32,000 bases of DNA from Acaryochloris thomasi RCC1774. GTDB taxonomy: Bacteria > Cyanobacteriota > Cyanobacteriia > Thermosynechococcales > Thermosynechococcaceae. A program made the position numbers and the translations under genes. Position 1 is the first letter of the stretch; each line of letters begins with the position of its first letter. Under the pieces are notes generated by a model. That model did no database searches, was not told the DNA's origin, and was given only the letters and a program-made list of their open reading frames with translations. The stretch spans positions 1-32,000 of the forward strand of contig NZ_PQWO01000007.1 in assembly GCF_003231495.1 (NCBI RefSeq). Direction: 5' to 3'. Positions 17,590 through 25,087 of this stretch are shown piece by piece.

Positions 17590-18279
17590 CTGTTGCTATT
17601 TAAACCTAACTGCGATGAATAGAAACTAACTTTTGAGGTGATAGATAAAACCAGTTTGCTGCTTGATCTGCTACGACCAACTGTATAAATAGTGTTCAGA
17701 TCCGCATCCAAATATTAATCCTGAGGTCTACAGGCTGACGTAGAGCGCAAGAGGCTCAGGCACCCTAAAATAGTCCCCACCCTAAAATGCAGGGAGATGA
17801 CTATGGCGAGTCGCGAGGTTATGCCTACTGCAACTTTGCCTACTTATATGATCAGCAGAGAAACTCGTATCAACTTGAGTAAAATTACTGAACTTGCTGT
17901 ACGACCTCACTGATATCGTCAGTTTTCTCAGTAGTAGAGATAGCCTTTGCGTATAACCCCAGTAACCCCAAATCAAGCTTTCTTTATGATGCCCAAAGCC
18001 TCCGGTCTATCTAGCACCGTTGGAATAACACAGCCGCTTGCTGTTTGGAGCTGCATAGCTAATACCCTACAGCTGCCTGCGGACAAGAGTTTTAAGCGAA
18101 GCCAGAGAACTATTGCGAGTGGTGCAGAGCGTAATCGGCATCACTCGATTGCTTGTGTGAGCATCACCTTGAAGAGCTAGAAATATCACCTGTACGGCTA
18201 GAGAAGCGTCACTGAGTTAACTGTGCGTTGCCGCCATGATAGTCACATGGTTCAAACAACACACACAGGAGACCCAACC

Positions 18280-18870
18280 ATGAAACGTACCGTTCTTTTC
18301 ACCATTACAACTGCTCTTACTCTTTCTGCTGGCTTACCTGCCTTTGCCAATCCTCTTTCTCCCAGTGCTCGCGATGCCGACGACCCACGGGCCATGTGCA
18401 GCGATGTCTTAATTGGAAACAACGTTAAAAACCATATTGTTGAGCAAACTAACGTACAAGAGAAAACAGACATTCACAAATATAACCAGAAAGATATCCG
18501 CAAAACGGCGCGAACTGCAAAGTGGGACAACAGCACCTATGAGCGCTCCACTCGCAAGGGGGGCGGTAGAGGAAATGTGAAGGTTCTCTGGGGCCTTGTC
18601 AGCGCTGGGGGTGGGGGTGATAAAACCACCACTAATCTCTCCAAGACAGCTAATGCTGGGGAAAATACCTTCAACAACTATCAAGATCGTAGCCGTTCTG
18701 GTTTCCGTGACCGCAGCACGTTCTCTGATACCAGCCGGTTCGAAGACTTCAGCACTAGTACTGTTGTAGCGGGTCAAAACTGTGATGCTGTTGTGCAGGC
18801 TGAAGCGGCTAAGCAAATTAATCGACAGAACAATAACTCTGCTGCTGCAGGTCACTTTCTATCCTGGTAA
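18280..18870 (+). CDS. Secreted hypothetical protein (Sec signal peptide; Asn/Ser/Thr/Arg/Gly-rich)
   Basis: MKRTVLFTITTALTLSAGLPAFA|NP is a signal peptide. The ATG at 18280 is preceded by agga, so the track ORF start at 18223 is probably too long. No family was recognised. Confidence 0.6.
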   Translation: MKRTVLFTITTALTLSAGLPAFANPLSPSARDADDPRAMCSDVLIGNNVKNHIVEQTNVQEKTDIHKYNQKDIRKTARTAKWDNSTYERSTRKGGGRGNVKVLWGLVSAGGGGDKTTTNLSKTANAGENTFNNYQDRSRSGFRDRSTFSDTSRFEDFSTSTVVAGQNCDAVVQAEAAKQINRQNNNSAAAGHFLSW

Positions 18871-18959
18871 GGCTTTGTAATCAGGGATAGTTGCTATCCC
18901 TGGTTGTCTTTCTTTTGTCTATTTCTGTTGCGCTCACTGCTATTTTCGGAGAAATCATC

Positions 18960-19847
18960 ATGTATAAGCAAGCTGCTGGTGTTGCGATCGCACTATCAAC
19001 CATCACATCGGTCACTTTACCTGCGTTCGCTCAGTCCACTCCTAGTTCTTATCAAGCCGCATCATCCGTCAGCACGATTCCGGCTTCCACAGCATTGACG
19101 GTTACCTTTCCCGGCAATATGGTCGTGAATGCCAAGAAAAAGCAAGATTATCCGATGACCTTGTTTTTAGCCCAGCCCCTTTTTGATAGCCAGGGACAGC
19201 AGGTTGTTGCAGCTAATTCACCCATTGTTGCGAAGATGACGCCGACGAAGGGAGGCGCGCAGATCGTTGCTGAATCTTTAGTGATTAATGGCCGAGTGGT
19301 TGCGATCCAGGCTTCGAGTCCCTTGATTCCTAGCTATAGTGTGACTCAAACTAGTAGCTATCAGTCTGCCCGCGAAGGTAGCGCCATGTTTGCCAACATT
19401 GCGGGCGGAATTACCGGCGGAGCGACGGGGAGCGCAAATGCTTTTAACCGAGCTTCGTTTCTGGGCGGTGGTCTAGGTGCCTTGGCGGGTCTAGCGTCGA
19501 GCAAGAAGCATAAGGTGGTTGAGGTTCCGGCAGGCAGTATCTATGTTCTGACGCTCGAAGCGCCGATTGCAGTGGGTGGAGCGCCCCAGCCCGCAGTACA
19601 AACTGCCACCCAGCCAACATCTCAGTTTCAGTTCAAAACAGAGCAGGAATATGGCCATGGACTCGCACAATTGCTGCAGGCTTATCAGCGGGGTGAAGCG
19701 TCGGCGGCTCAAGTCTTAGATCGGGTTCGTGCGGCTGATCTTTATGCAACGAAACAGCTACAGGCACCGCTCTATCCTCCTGTGGCTCAGCGTCAGTTGG
19801 TGAAGCAGATTGTCGGATTTGAGTATGCAATTGATGGCGCGATCTAA
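18960..19847 (+). CDS. Secreted hypothetical protein with an internal glycine-zipper segment
   Basis: MYKQAAGVAIALSTITSVTLPAFA|QS is a signal peptide. The ATG at 18960 is preceded by ggagaa. It contains GGITGGATGSANAFNRASFLGGGLGALAGLASS. There is a faint resemblance to the TrbI/VirB10-type beta-domain, which was not established. Confidence 0.6.
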   Translation: MYKQAAGVAIALSTITSVTLPAFAQSTPSSYQAASSVSTIPASTALTVTFPGNMVVNAKKKQDYPMTLFLAQPLFDSQGQQVVAANSPIVAKMTPTKGGAQIVAESLVINGRVVAIQASSPLIPSYSVTQTSSYQSAREGSAMFANIAGGITGGATGSANAFNRASFLGGGLGALAGLASSKKHKVVEVPAGSIYVLTLEAPIAVGGAPQPAVQTATQPTSQFQFKTEQEYGHGLAQLLQAYQRGEASAAQVLDRVRAADLYATKQLQAPLYPPVAQRQLVKQIVGFEYAIDGAI

Positions 19848-20308
19848 AGGCGGCGCTGCAGTCGACGTAGCGTGGCTGCTCGACTGACGATTTGAGTGGT
19901 TTTTGATGAGCGCTGAGCGGTAAATACTTTGCCGGAGAATAGGCTTGCCAGCCCTGATCGGCGATAAACGGTATAGTCTTCTTGCTGTTCTGTGGCCTCA
20001 GGATCACGTTCAAAGCCTAGTTCCGCCAGGATCTGCTCAAGCTGGCTCTTTTGAACGGATGCATTTTGAGTGCTGATATCGATGCTCGCTGTCCTGTTAA
20101 AGTAGCTGCCAATGCCGCCCGCAAGCAACCCTAAAATAATGCCGTAGCGATAGAGCTGCACTGAGCTAACGGATAGGTTTAATCCTTGAGATCCAGCGAC
20201 CACAACTACCACAATGGTCATGCTGAAGTAGTACAGAAAGGTAAACCCGACTCCTGGCCCCGGTAGCTGGGAACCATCTGAGCCGGGTTCTGTTTTATCT
20301 TTCGTCAT
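19844..20308 (-). CDS. Hypothetical membrane protein (two predicted TM helices plus a ~80-aa soluble C-terminal domain), 12 bp downstream of smtA
   Basis: 154 aa. The hydrophobic segments are FTFLYYFSMTIVVVVVAG and YGIILGLLAGGIGSYF. It is on the same strand as smtA with only a 12-bp gap (20309-20320). Confidence 0.6.
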   Translation of the reverse strand: MTKDKTEPGSDGSQLPGPGVGFTFLYYFSMTIVVVVVAGSQGLNLSVSSVQLYRYGIILGLLAGGIGSYFNRTASIDISTQNASVQKSQLEQILAELGFERDPEATEQQEDYTVYRRSGLASLFSGKVFTAQRSSKTTQIVSRAATLRRLQRRL

Positions 20309-20320
20309 CTATTGGTCCAC

Positions 20321-20482
20321 TTAGCACCCGCATCCAGTATGACCGCATCCGGCCCCTTGAGGATGTCCCTGGGCACAGGCATCGCTGCAGTAGGGCTTAT
20401 CATTCGCCATCACGGCTTCTTTGAGATCGACGATACAAAGACAAGAGGGACAAGCACATTTCATTTGACTAACGGCTGCCAT
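20321..20482 (-). CDS. smtA: Bacterial metallothionein (SmtA/BmtA family), 53 aa; absent from the supplied ORF track
   Basis: Minus-strand translation gives MAAVSQMKCACPSCLCIVDLKEAVMANDKPYCSDACAQGHPQGAGCGHTGCGC*. The Cys/His pattern (KCAC..CLC...YCS.AC..GH....GCGHTGC.C) matches Synechococcus SmtA. An RBS (GGAGAAAGCAA) precedes the ATG. It is divergent from smtB. Confidence 0.9.
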   Translation of the reverse strand: MAAVSQMKCACPSCLCIVDLKEAVMANDKPYCSDACAQGHPQGAGCGHTGCGC

Positions 20483-20532
20483 TTGCTTTCTCCTTTGCGC
20501 AACTTGCGCTGCATTACTATAAACTTATGATA

Positions 20533-20550
20533 TCTGAACATATGTTCAGA
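20533..20550. promoter_or_regulatory. Candidate SmtB operator: perfect 18-bp palindrome in the smtA-smtB divergent promoter region
   Basis: TCTGAACATATGTTCAGA is its own reverse complement. The TGAACA / TGTTCA half-sites resemble ArsR/SmtB-family operators (TGAACA..TATTCA type). Confidence 0.7.
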
Positions 20551-20569
20551 CGTCAATTAGGGGTTCAAA

Positions 20570-20992
20570 GTGTTGTTATTCGAAGGTGCCTCTATGTCCC
20601 AGTCCTCTCTTCCTGATGCAGAGCTTTCCAGTCTGTTAGATACGGAGTCGCCGATTTGTGATGATCAGCATGATCCTGATTCTGTTTGCGCGACAGAGAT
20701 TTTGGCTGCGGAGAAGGCACAGAGAATGGCGGAGTTTTTTGCGCTGTTAGGGGATGCCAATCGATTGCGAATTCTATCGGTGTTGGCCGCTCGAGAGGTC
20801 TGTGTGGGTGACCTGGCAACCATTCTGGAGATGAGTGAATCGGCTGTCTCGCATCAGCTACGAACGCTGAAGGCGGTGCGGCTGGTGAGCTATCGCAAAC
20901 AGGGTCGTCATGTTTATTACGCTCTGCATGACCATCATGTTCTGGAGCTATATCAGGCGGTGGCAGAGCACTTAGATGAAGGAGGGCGGTAG
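20570..20992 (+). CDS. smtB: ArsR/SmtB-family metal-sensing transcriptional repressor
   Basis: [76 protein letters not shown] is near-collinear with Synechococcus SmtB, including the ELCVGDL and alpha5 D/H metal-site region. The start is GTG 20570 or ATG 20594. Confidence 0.92.
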   Translation: MLLFEGASMSQSSLPDAELSSLLDTESPICDDQHDPDSVCATEILAAEKAQRMAEFFALLGDANRLRILSVLAAREVCVGDLATILEMSESAVSHQLRTLKAVRLVSYRKQGRHVYYALHDHHVLELYQAVAEHLDEGGR

Positions 20993-20996
20993 CTCT

Positions 20997-21893
20997 CTAG
21001 CTGTATTCCTGTTCAATTTCCCTGAGAGACTGCCAGAATTTTTGGGTATGCAGCCAGCCGACAAAGCCGCCGTAAAGATACTGCCCTTGGGGTGAGGCGG
21101 CGAAAATATGAGGGATGCCGAGGGGATTCTTCCAGGTGCGGAGGGTGATGCCGTTGGGGAGCTTTAGCCAGACTTTGGCGCGATAGAAGTCGCGTTGGTG
21201 GGCGTCGGTCATTCCTTCAATATTTTGCAGACGTTCAATGAGCTGGGCAGTAATGTCACAGGTATCGCATTGAAACTGAGCGGAATCTCGCCAAAATTCT
21301 CGGATGGTGTCAGAAACCTGAAGGTGATGACGTAGAGCTGGATGGCTAAGTCCCGGAAGTTCGGCTACAGCAGCGTGACGAAGTTGGGTTGAGCAGCTTG
21401 TGATCGTTCCGTCGCTGCCGCCATCTACGTTTCCTCGGATGATTAGGGTCGGAATTTTGGATGCGATCGCAACCCCTATCCCCCTCCGACTTTTTCCTAA
21501 ATCTCTGGCAATGCCAATGCCCCAGCCAAAGGGATCAATCATGCGGGCTAAATCCGCGCCACCGACGGGAGATCCGACGAGGACCAGTGATTCTACCTGC
21601 GGCCACCATTCGGGGTGACGGTGCAGAACTTCGAGCCAGATTAAGCCCCCCATTGAGTGGCCAATAATTCGCATGGGGGTGTGGGGATGCTGGGCGTGAG
21701 TTTGGGTTGCGATCGCATCCACCCGATCAATCAAAGGCTCAATCCGTAGCCAAGTGCGCCAGTAGCCTAAATTCGGAGCGACAATTTTTGAAGTCGGAGC
21801 CGCCAGTTGGGTTGCTAAATACTCAATATGACGGTGATCATCTGCCCATCCATGTTGGGTATAGATGATGTGTTGGGGTGATTCCTGAAGCAT
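20997..21893 (-). CDS. Alpha/beta-fold hydrolase (canonical GHSMGG nucleophile elbow) with an extra ~90-aa C-terminal region
   Basis: 298 aa. RIIGHSMGGLIWLEV is a lipase/esterase G-x-S-x-G motif. N-terminal HGWADDH. Confidence 0.75.
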   Translation of the reverse strand: MLQESPQHIIYTQHGWADDHRHIEYLATQLAAPTSKIVAPNLGYWRTWLRIEPLIDRVDAIATQTHAQHPHTPMRIIGHSMGGLIWLEVLHRHPEWWPQVESLVLVGSPVGGADLARMIDPFGWGIGIARDLGKSRRGIGVAIASKIPTLIIRGNVDGGSDGTITSCSTQLRHAAVAELPGLSHPALRHHLQVSDTIREFWRDSAQFQCDTCDITAQLIERLQNIEGMTDAHQRDFYRAKVWLKLPNGITLRTWKNPLGIPHIFAASPQGQYLYGGFVGWLHTQKFWQSLREIEQEYS

Positions 21894-21998
21894 AGTGAAG
21901 ATCGTGCAGCTCTAATCTAATTTTATGCAAGTACAAGAGGGGATGGATGCTCACAGGTACAGTTAGGGTATTGGTCTTGTCGTGCATATGCTTGTTTT

Positions 21999-22655
21999 AT
22001 GATGCCTCCGCCCACTTTGGCTGCAGTACAAATGGGCCGAAATATTGAAGGCCAATGGATTTGGCAGAATTTAGACCTTGAACTACAGCCGGGTGAGCGT
22101 CTTGCCATTGTTGGTCCTTCTGGGGTCGGTAAAAGCCTTCTTCTTCGCGCGATTGCTGGGCTAGATCCCATTCAAGCCGGTCAGCTGACTTTTGAGGGAC
22201 AGTCTGTTTCCGCGCTCTCAATGCCTCGATATCGTGCGCAGGTCATCTACTTGCATCAGCGACCTGCGCTCATGGAAGGGACGGTGGAATTTAACCTCCG
22301 GCAGGTTTATCGATTAACGCTGCATCGGAAGAAAGCCTATAGCCAGGAGCAGATTCTGCAATATCTTGCCCCCCTCAGCCGAGAGGCTGACTTCCTGCAA
22401 CGCTCAGTAGAAAATCTATCAGGTGGGGAAGCGCAAATTGTGGCTTGCCTGCGGGCGCTGCAGCTCTCGCCCCAGGTTTTGCTTTTAGATGAACCGACGG
22501 CTTCAATGGATGAGACGATGGCTCAACAAATTGAAGCCCTGATTACGCAGTGGCAGCAGACTGATGAACAACGTTCCTGCATTTGGACAAGCCACAACAC
22601 GAGCCAGATTGAACGTGTCACCGATCGCCAGTTTATTCTTCAGAGAGAGCCTTAA
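21999..22655 (+). CDS. fetA: ABC transporter ATP-binding protein, FetA/YbbL-like (putative iron export)
   Basis: 218 aa. It has Walker A GPSGVGKS, signature LSGGEAQ and Walker B LLLDEPTASMD. The short single-domain architecture and the 1-nt overlap with the fetB-like permease gene mirror E. coli fetAB. Confidence 0.8.
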   Translation: MMPPPTLAAVQMGRNIEGQWIWQNLDLELQPGERLAIVGPSGVGKSLLLRAIAGLDPIQAGQLTFEGQSVSALSMPRYRAQVIYLHQRPALMEGTVEFNLRQVYRLTLHRKKAYSQEQILQYLAPLSREADFLQRSVENLSGGEAQIVACLRALQLSPQVLLLDEPTASMDETMAQQIEALITQWQQTDEQRSCIWTSHNTSQIERVTDRQFILQREP

Positions 22656-23458
22656 TGGATCAGAACTATATTCCAATTAGCAATGCCCAACTGGTTCTGG
22701 CCTCCAGTCTGATTTTGATCAATATGGGCCTTTCTTTCGCGCTGCGGCTGGGCTTAGAGAAGAGTCTTGGAATTGCCACTATCCGCTTGGTGGTGCAGCT
22801 TTTGCTGGTGGGCTACATCTTAGATTGGGTGTTTGCTTTAAATAATCCCTGGCTGGTGTTGCTAGTGGCGTTGATGATGAGCGCGATCGCAGGTCAGGCT
22901 TCTGTCAGTCGAACCCGCCGTCGGTTTCCTTCGATTTACTGGCACAGTCTGCTTTCGATTCTGGCCTCTAGTGCTTTGGTTACAGGTTTACTGGTTCAAG
23001 GCGTGATTCGGATCGATCCTTGGTATGACCCTCAATACGTCATTCCGCTGCTGGGGATGGTGCTGGGTAATACGTTGACGGGAACGTCTCTAGCCTTAGA
23101 TCGGTTTATGGAGGATTTGGTGCGGTTGCGATCGCAAATTGAATCCCTCCTAGCCCTAGGCGCAACCCGCTGGGAAGCAGCAGGACCGACGATCAATGAA
23201 GCTATTCGCACCGGCATGATTCCGACGATTAACTCAATGATGGTGGTGGGGTTAGTGAGTTTACCTGGAATGATGACGGGCCAGATTTTAGGAGGCGTTG
23301 ATCCGACCGATGCGGTGCGCTACCAGATCGTGATCTTTTTTACCATTGCGGCGGGGACTGCTTTGGCCTGTATGGGGATTGTGATGCTGGCATTTAGAGT
23401 GTTATTTAGTGCAGATCATCAGCTACGGCTAGACCGACTGAGAAGATGCGATCGCTAA
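22655..23458 (+). CDS. fetB: ABC transporter permease, FetB/YbbM (UPF0014) family
   Basis: VQLLLVGYIL, VIPLLGMVLGNTLTG, LALGATRWEA, MIPTINSMMVVGLVSLPGMMTGQILGGVDPTDAVRYQIVI align block by block with E. coli FetB. Confidence 0.85.
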   Translation: MDQNYIPISNAQLVLASSLILINMGLSFALRLGLEKSLGIATIRLVVQLLLVGYILDWVFALNNPWLVLLVALMMSAIAGQASVSRTRRRFPSIYWHSLLSILASSALVTGLLVQGVIRIDPWYDPQYVIPLLGMVLGNTLTGTSLALDRFMEDLVRLRSQIESLLALGATRWEAAGPTINEAIRTGMIPTINSMMVVGLVSLPGMMTGQILGGVDPTDAVRYQIVIFFTIAAGTALACMGIVMLAFRVLFSADHQLRLDRLRRCDR

Positions 23459-23548
23459 ACCAGACTTTCTTCAAGGTGCCCCCTGAAATAAGTGAAAAAG
23501 GACTTCGAGTTACACCCGCATTAGAAGCTCATTATTACCCTAATACCC

Positions 23549-23761
23549 TTGACCTCTATGCCCGAAGTCATTGAGAGCCCCCTTGAGTTGACTCACTTTC
23601 AACTCCCTGAAGCTGTTCATGCGCGTCTTCAACTATTGCTCGATCGCCAGGATGCCGGTGAATCCTTAACTCCACTGGAACAAAAAGAGGCAGAGGGTCT
23701 AGTCGAATTAGCGGAATTTCTGCCTCTACTGCACCTGCGGTCACCAAGAGTTGCAAAATAA
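23549..23761 (+). CDS. Small hypothetical protein (about 67-70 aa, helical and acidic)
   Basis: The ORF includes ...ARLQLLLDRQDAGESLTPLEQKEAEGLVELAEFLPLL. The start is TTG 23549 or ATG 23558. No partner gene or recognised domain was found. Confidence 0.4.
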   Translation: MTSMPEVIESPLELTHFQLPEAVHARLQLLLDRQDAGESLTPLEQKEAEGLVELAEFLPLLHLRSPRVAK

Positions 23762-23814
23762 ATAAAATGGCCTCGATCCCTTTCTAATATCAGGCATGAA
23801 GTAAGGCGACTGTT

Positions 23815-23850
23815 AAAAAAATAGCTCGCTCTCATTACAGAGGCGAGCTA
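23815..23850 (-). terminator. Rho-independent terminator for the minus-strand small-gene unit (psb34-like plus 60-aa ORF)
   Basis: The stem tagctcgctctc / gaggcgagcta (23822-23850, one bulge) is preceded on the plus strand by A7 (23815-23821), which is a U7 tail on the minus strand. Confidence 0.6.
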
Positions 23851-23929
23851 GAAAGGAGAGTTGTGATACACGTTGAAATCGTTGCTTCTGATGTTTGCTC
23901 GTGACGAAAGCAGACAACTGAAGACTCTT

Positions 23930-24112
23930 CTAAGCAGCCTGTGGCGGTTCGAAGCCATGCGTTCCCCGCTGGGCTGCAATCTGTCGTAGAGACTCTAGCT
24001 CCGCATTGCGAGCATAGGGTACGGTGAGCATCTGCTCTTGTGAACATCCTTGAGCGTTGAGGAGTGAACCTGCAATCTTGCCAGCAATAGCAAGTGAAAG
24101 TATTAAGAGCAT
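23930..24112 (-). CDS. Hypothetical small protein (60 aa) with a hydrophobic N-terminus
   Basis: MLLILSLAIAGKIAGSLLNAQG... from the ATG at 24112. There is no clear RBS. It lies between the psb34-like gene and the minus-strand terminator. Confidence 0.3.
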   Translation of the reverse strand: MLLILSLAIAGKIAGSLLNAQGCSQEQMLTVPYARNAELESLRQIAAQRGTHGFEPPQAA

Positions 24113-24184
24113 GGGCTGAATCTCAAACTGCAATACTGGGTAAGGCTAGGGAAGAAACAAAAATGTTAAGGCCAAAACAGCTAA

Positions 24185-24355
24185 CTAGCTGACGGCAAAA
24201 GCAATGGCGAAGACACCAGACATCAGGATTGCCGTTGCAGCTCCCATGAACCAGTAGGTGCGCTGTTGAGCCGGAGAAGGATACTCTGCTGCACTTGTTT
24301 GAGGATCCCTTGCAAAGTTGTTGATAACGCCTCTTTCATCGGTTGTGCTAATCAT
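24185..24355 (-). CDS. Small single-pass membrane protein, ssl1498/Psb34-like (56 aa); absent from the ORF track
   Basis: Minus-strand translation gives MISTTDERGVINNFARDPQTSAAEYPSPAQQRTYWFMGAATAILMSGVFAIAFAVS*. The N-terminal (G)G.(L/I)NNFA motif plus a single C-terminal TM helix is what I recall for the cyanobacterial Psb34 (ssl1498) family. A gagg RBS lies upstream. Confidence 0.55.
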   Translation of the reverse strand: MISTTDERGVINNFARDPQTSAAEYPSPAQQRTYWFMGAATAILMSGVFAIAFAVS

Positions 24356-24689
24356 CTGTTGGCCTCAAATATATCTCTATGTAAATAAATGTAGCAGTAT
24401 TGTAACGATTCTGCAATATTTGTTTACAATGCTTTTTTTGTTGCCTGATGATTCCTGCGGCGGCTGTTGCGGGTCCTCTTTGCAAAATATTTGGGCGATC
24501 GCATCAATTCTGTGACTGTTCTGATTCGCTTTCACCATAATCACTGCATTGTCGTGAGGACTTTGAGGCGAATCGACGCTTGCTGGATGATCCATGAAAA
24601 TGTTTGCATCATGCACTCGTGCGAGTCACCTGGTTGTTGAAGCGGTTTGTTATTGCGCGGGCATTCCCTGATGTGATGTATCGAGCCAC

Positions 24690-25004
24690 TTAGAAAGCTT
24701 CTTTGCTCGAGTGCGATTGATGAGGTACTGAGAGCTCATCCAGGCCGCGTTTAGTGGAGTCGTCAGTCTCAAGGGAGTGGTTCTCAGGGTAAATAGGATC
24801 TGCTAGCAATAAAACTACCTGCAGAGATAAAGTATTCTCATTTGATTCACGGGAACCAAATTCTTTTACGCGATTTTTCTCACCTAATTGAAGGTGCATA
24901 TCAAGAATTATCTGACCTAATCTCCATTCAGTAAATGTCTTAAGTCCTTTTCTAAAGGGTGTTCTGAGCCTTGTTCGCATTGATGGAAGTCGCTGCTGAC
25001 ACAA
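24690..25004 (-). CDS. Doubtful hypothetical ORF (104 aa) in an AT-rich low-coding region
   Basis: It is the only long ORF in 24356-25141. No RBS or recognisable domain was found, and the composition differs from neighbouring genes. Confidence 0.2.
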   Translation of the reverse strand: MCQQRLPSMRTRLRTPFRKGLKTFTEWRLGQIILDMHLQLGEKNRVKEFGSRESNENTLSLQVVLLLADPIYPENHSLETDDSTKRGLDELSVPHQSHSSKEAF

Positions 25005-25062
25005 AAGTTAATCCGCTGCTTATTGCGAATCACTTTCATTTCTGCTGTAATCAAATTGTGAT

Positions 25063-25087
25063 CTTATTGAGATTTGATATCAATAAG
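25063..25087. promoter_or_regulatory. Candidate operator: palindrome CTTATTGA-N9-TCAATAAG, 55 nt upstream of the first CP43/IsiA-like gene
   Basis: 8-bp perfect arms at 25063-25070 and 25080-25087. The core TATTGA-N9-TCAATA recurs at 30377-30397 upstream of isiB. It is AT-rich and Fur-box-like. Confidence 0.55.

Noticed and set aside
17782-18180. Two short ORFs (64 and 77 aa) in the 690-bp gap between X2 and the secreted-protein gene
   Set aside because: They have no RBS and overlap each other on opposite strands. The composition is atypical and no motifs were recognised, so the region is treated as regulatory or non-coding.
20312-20530. A 72-aa plus-strand ORF in the supplied track
   Set aside because: It is an antisense shadow of the real 53-aa metallothionein gene (smtA) plus the operator region. 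Its sequence has no recognisable features, and it would run through the smtA/smtB promoter.
24318-24616. Overlapping 65-aa (+) and 79-aa (-) ORFs upstream of the psb34-like gene
   Set aside because: They mutually overlap, are AT-rich, have no RBS and show no recognisable sequence. The region more plausibly holds the promoter and inverted repeat of the psb34-like gene.
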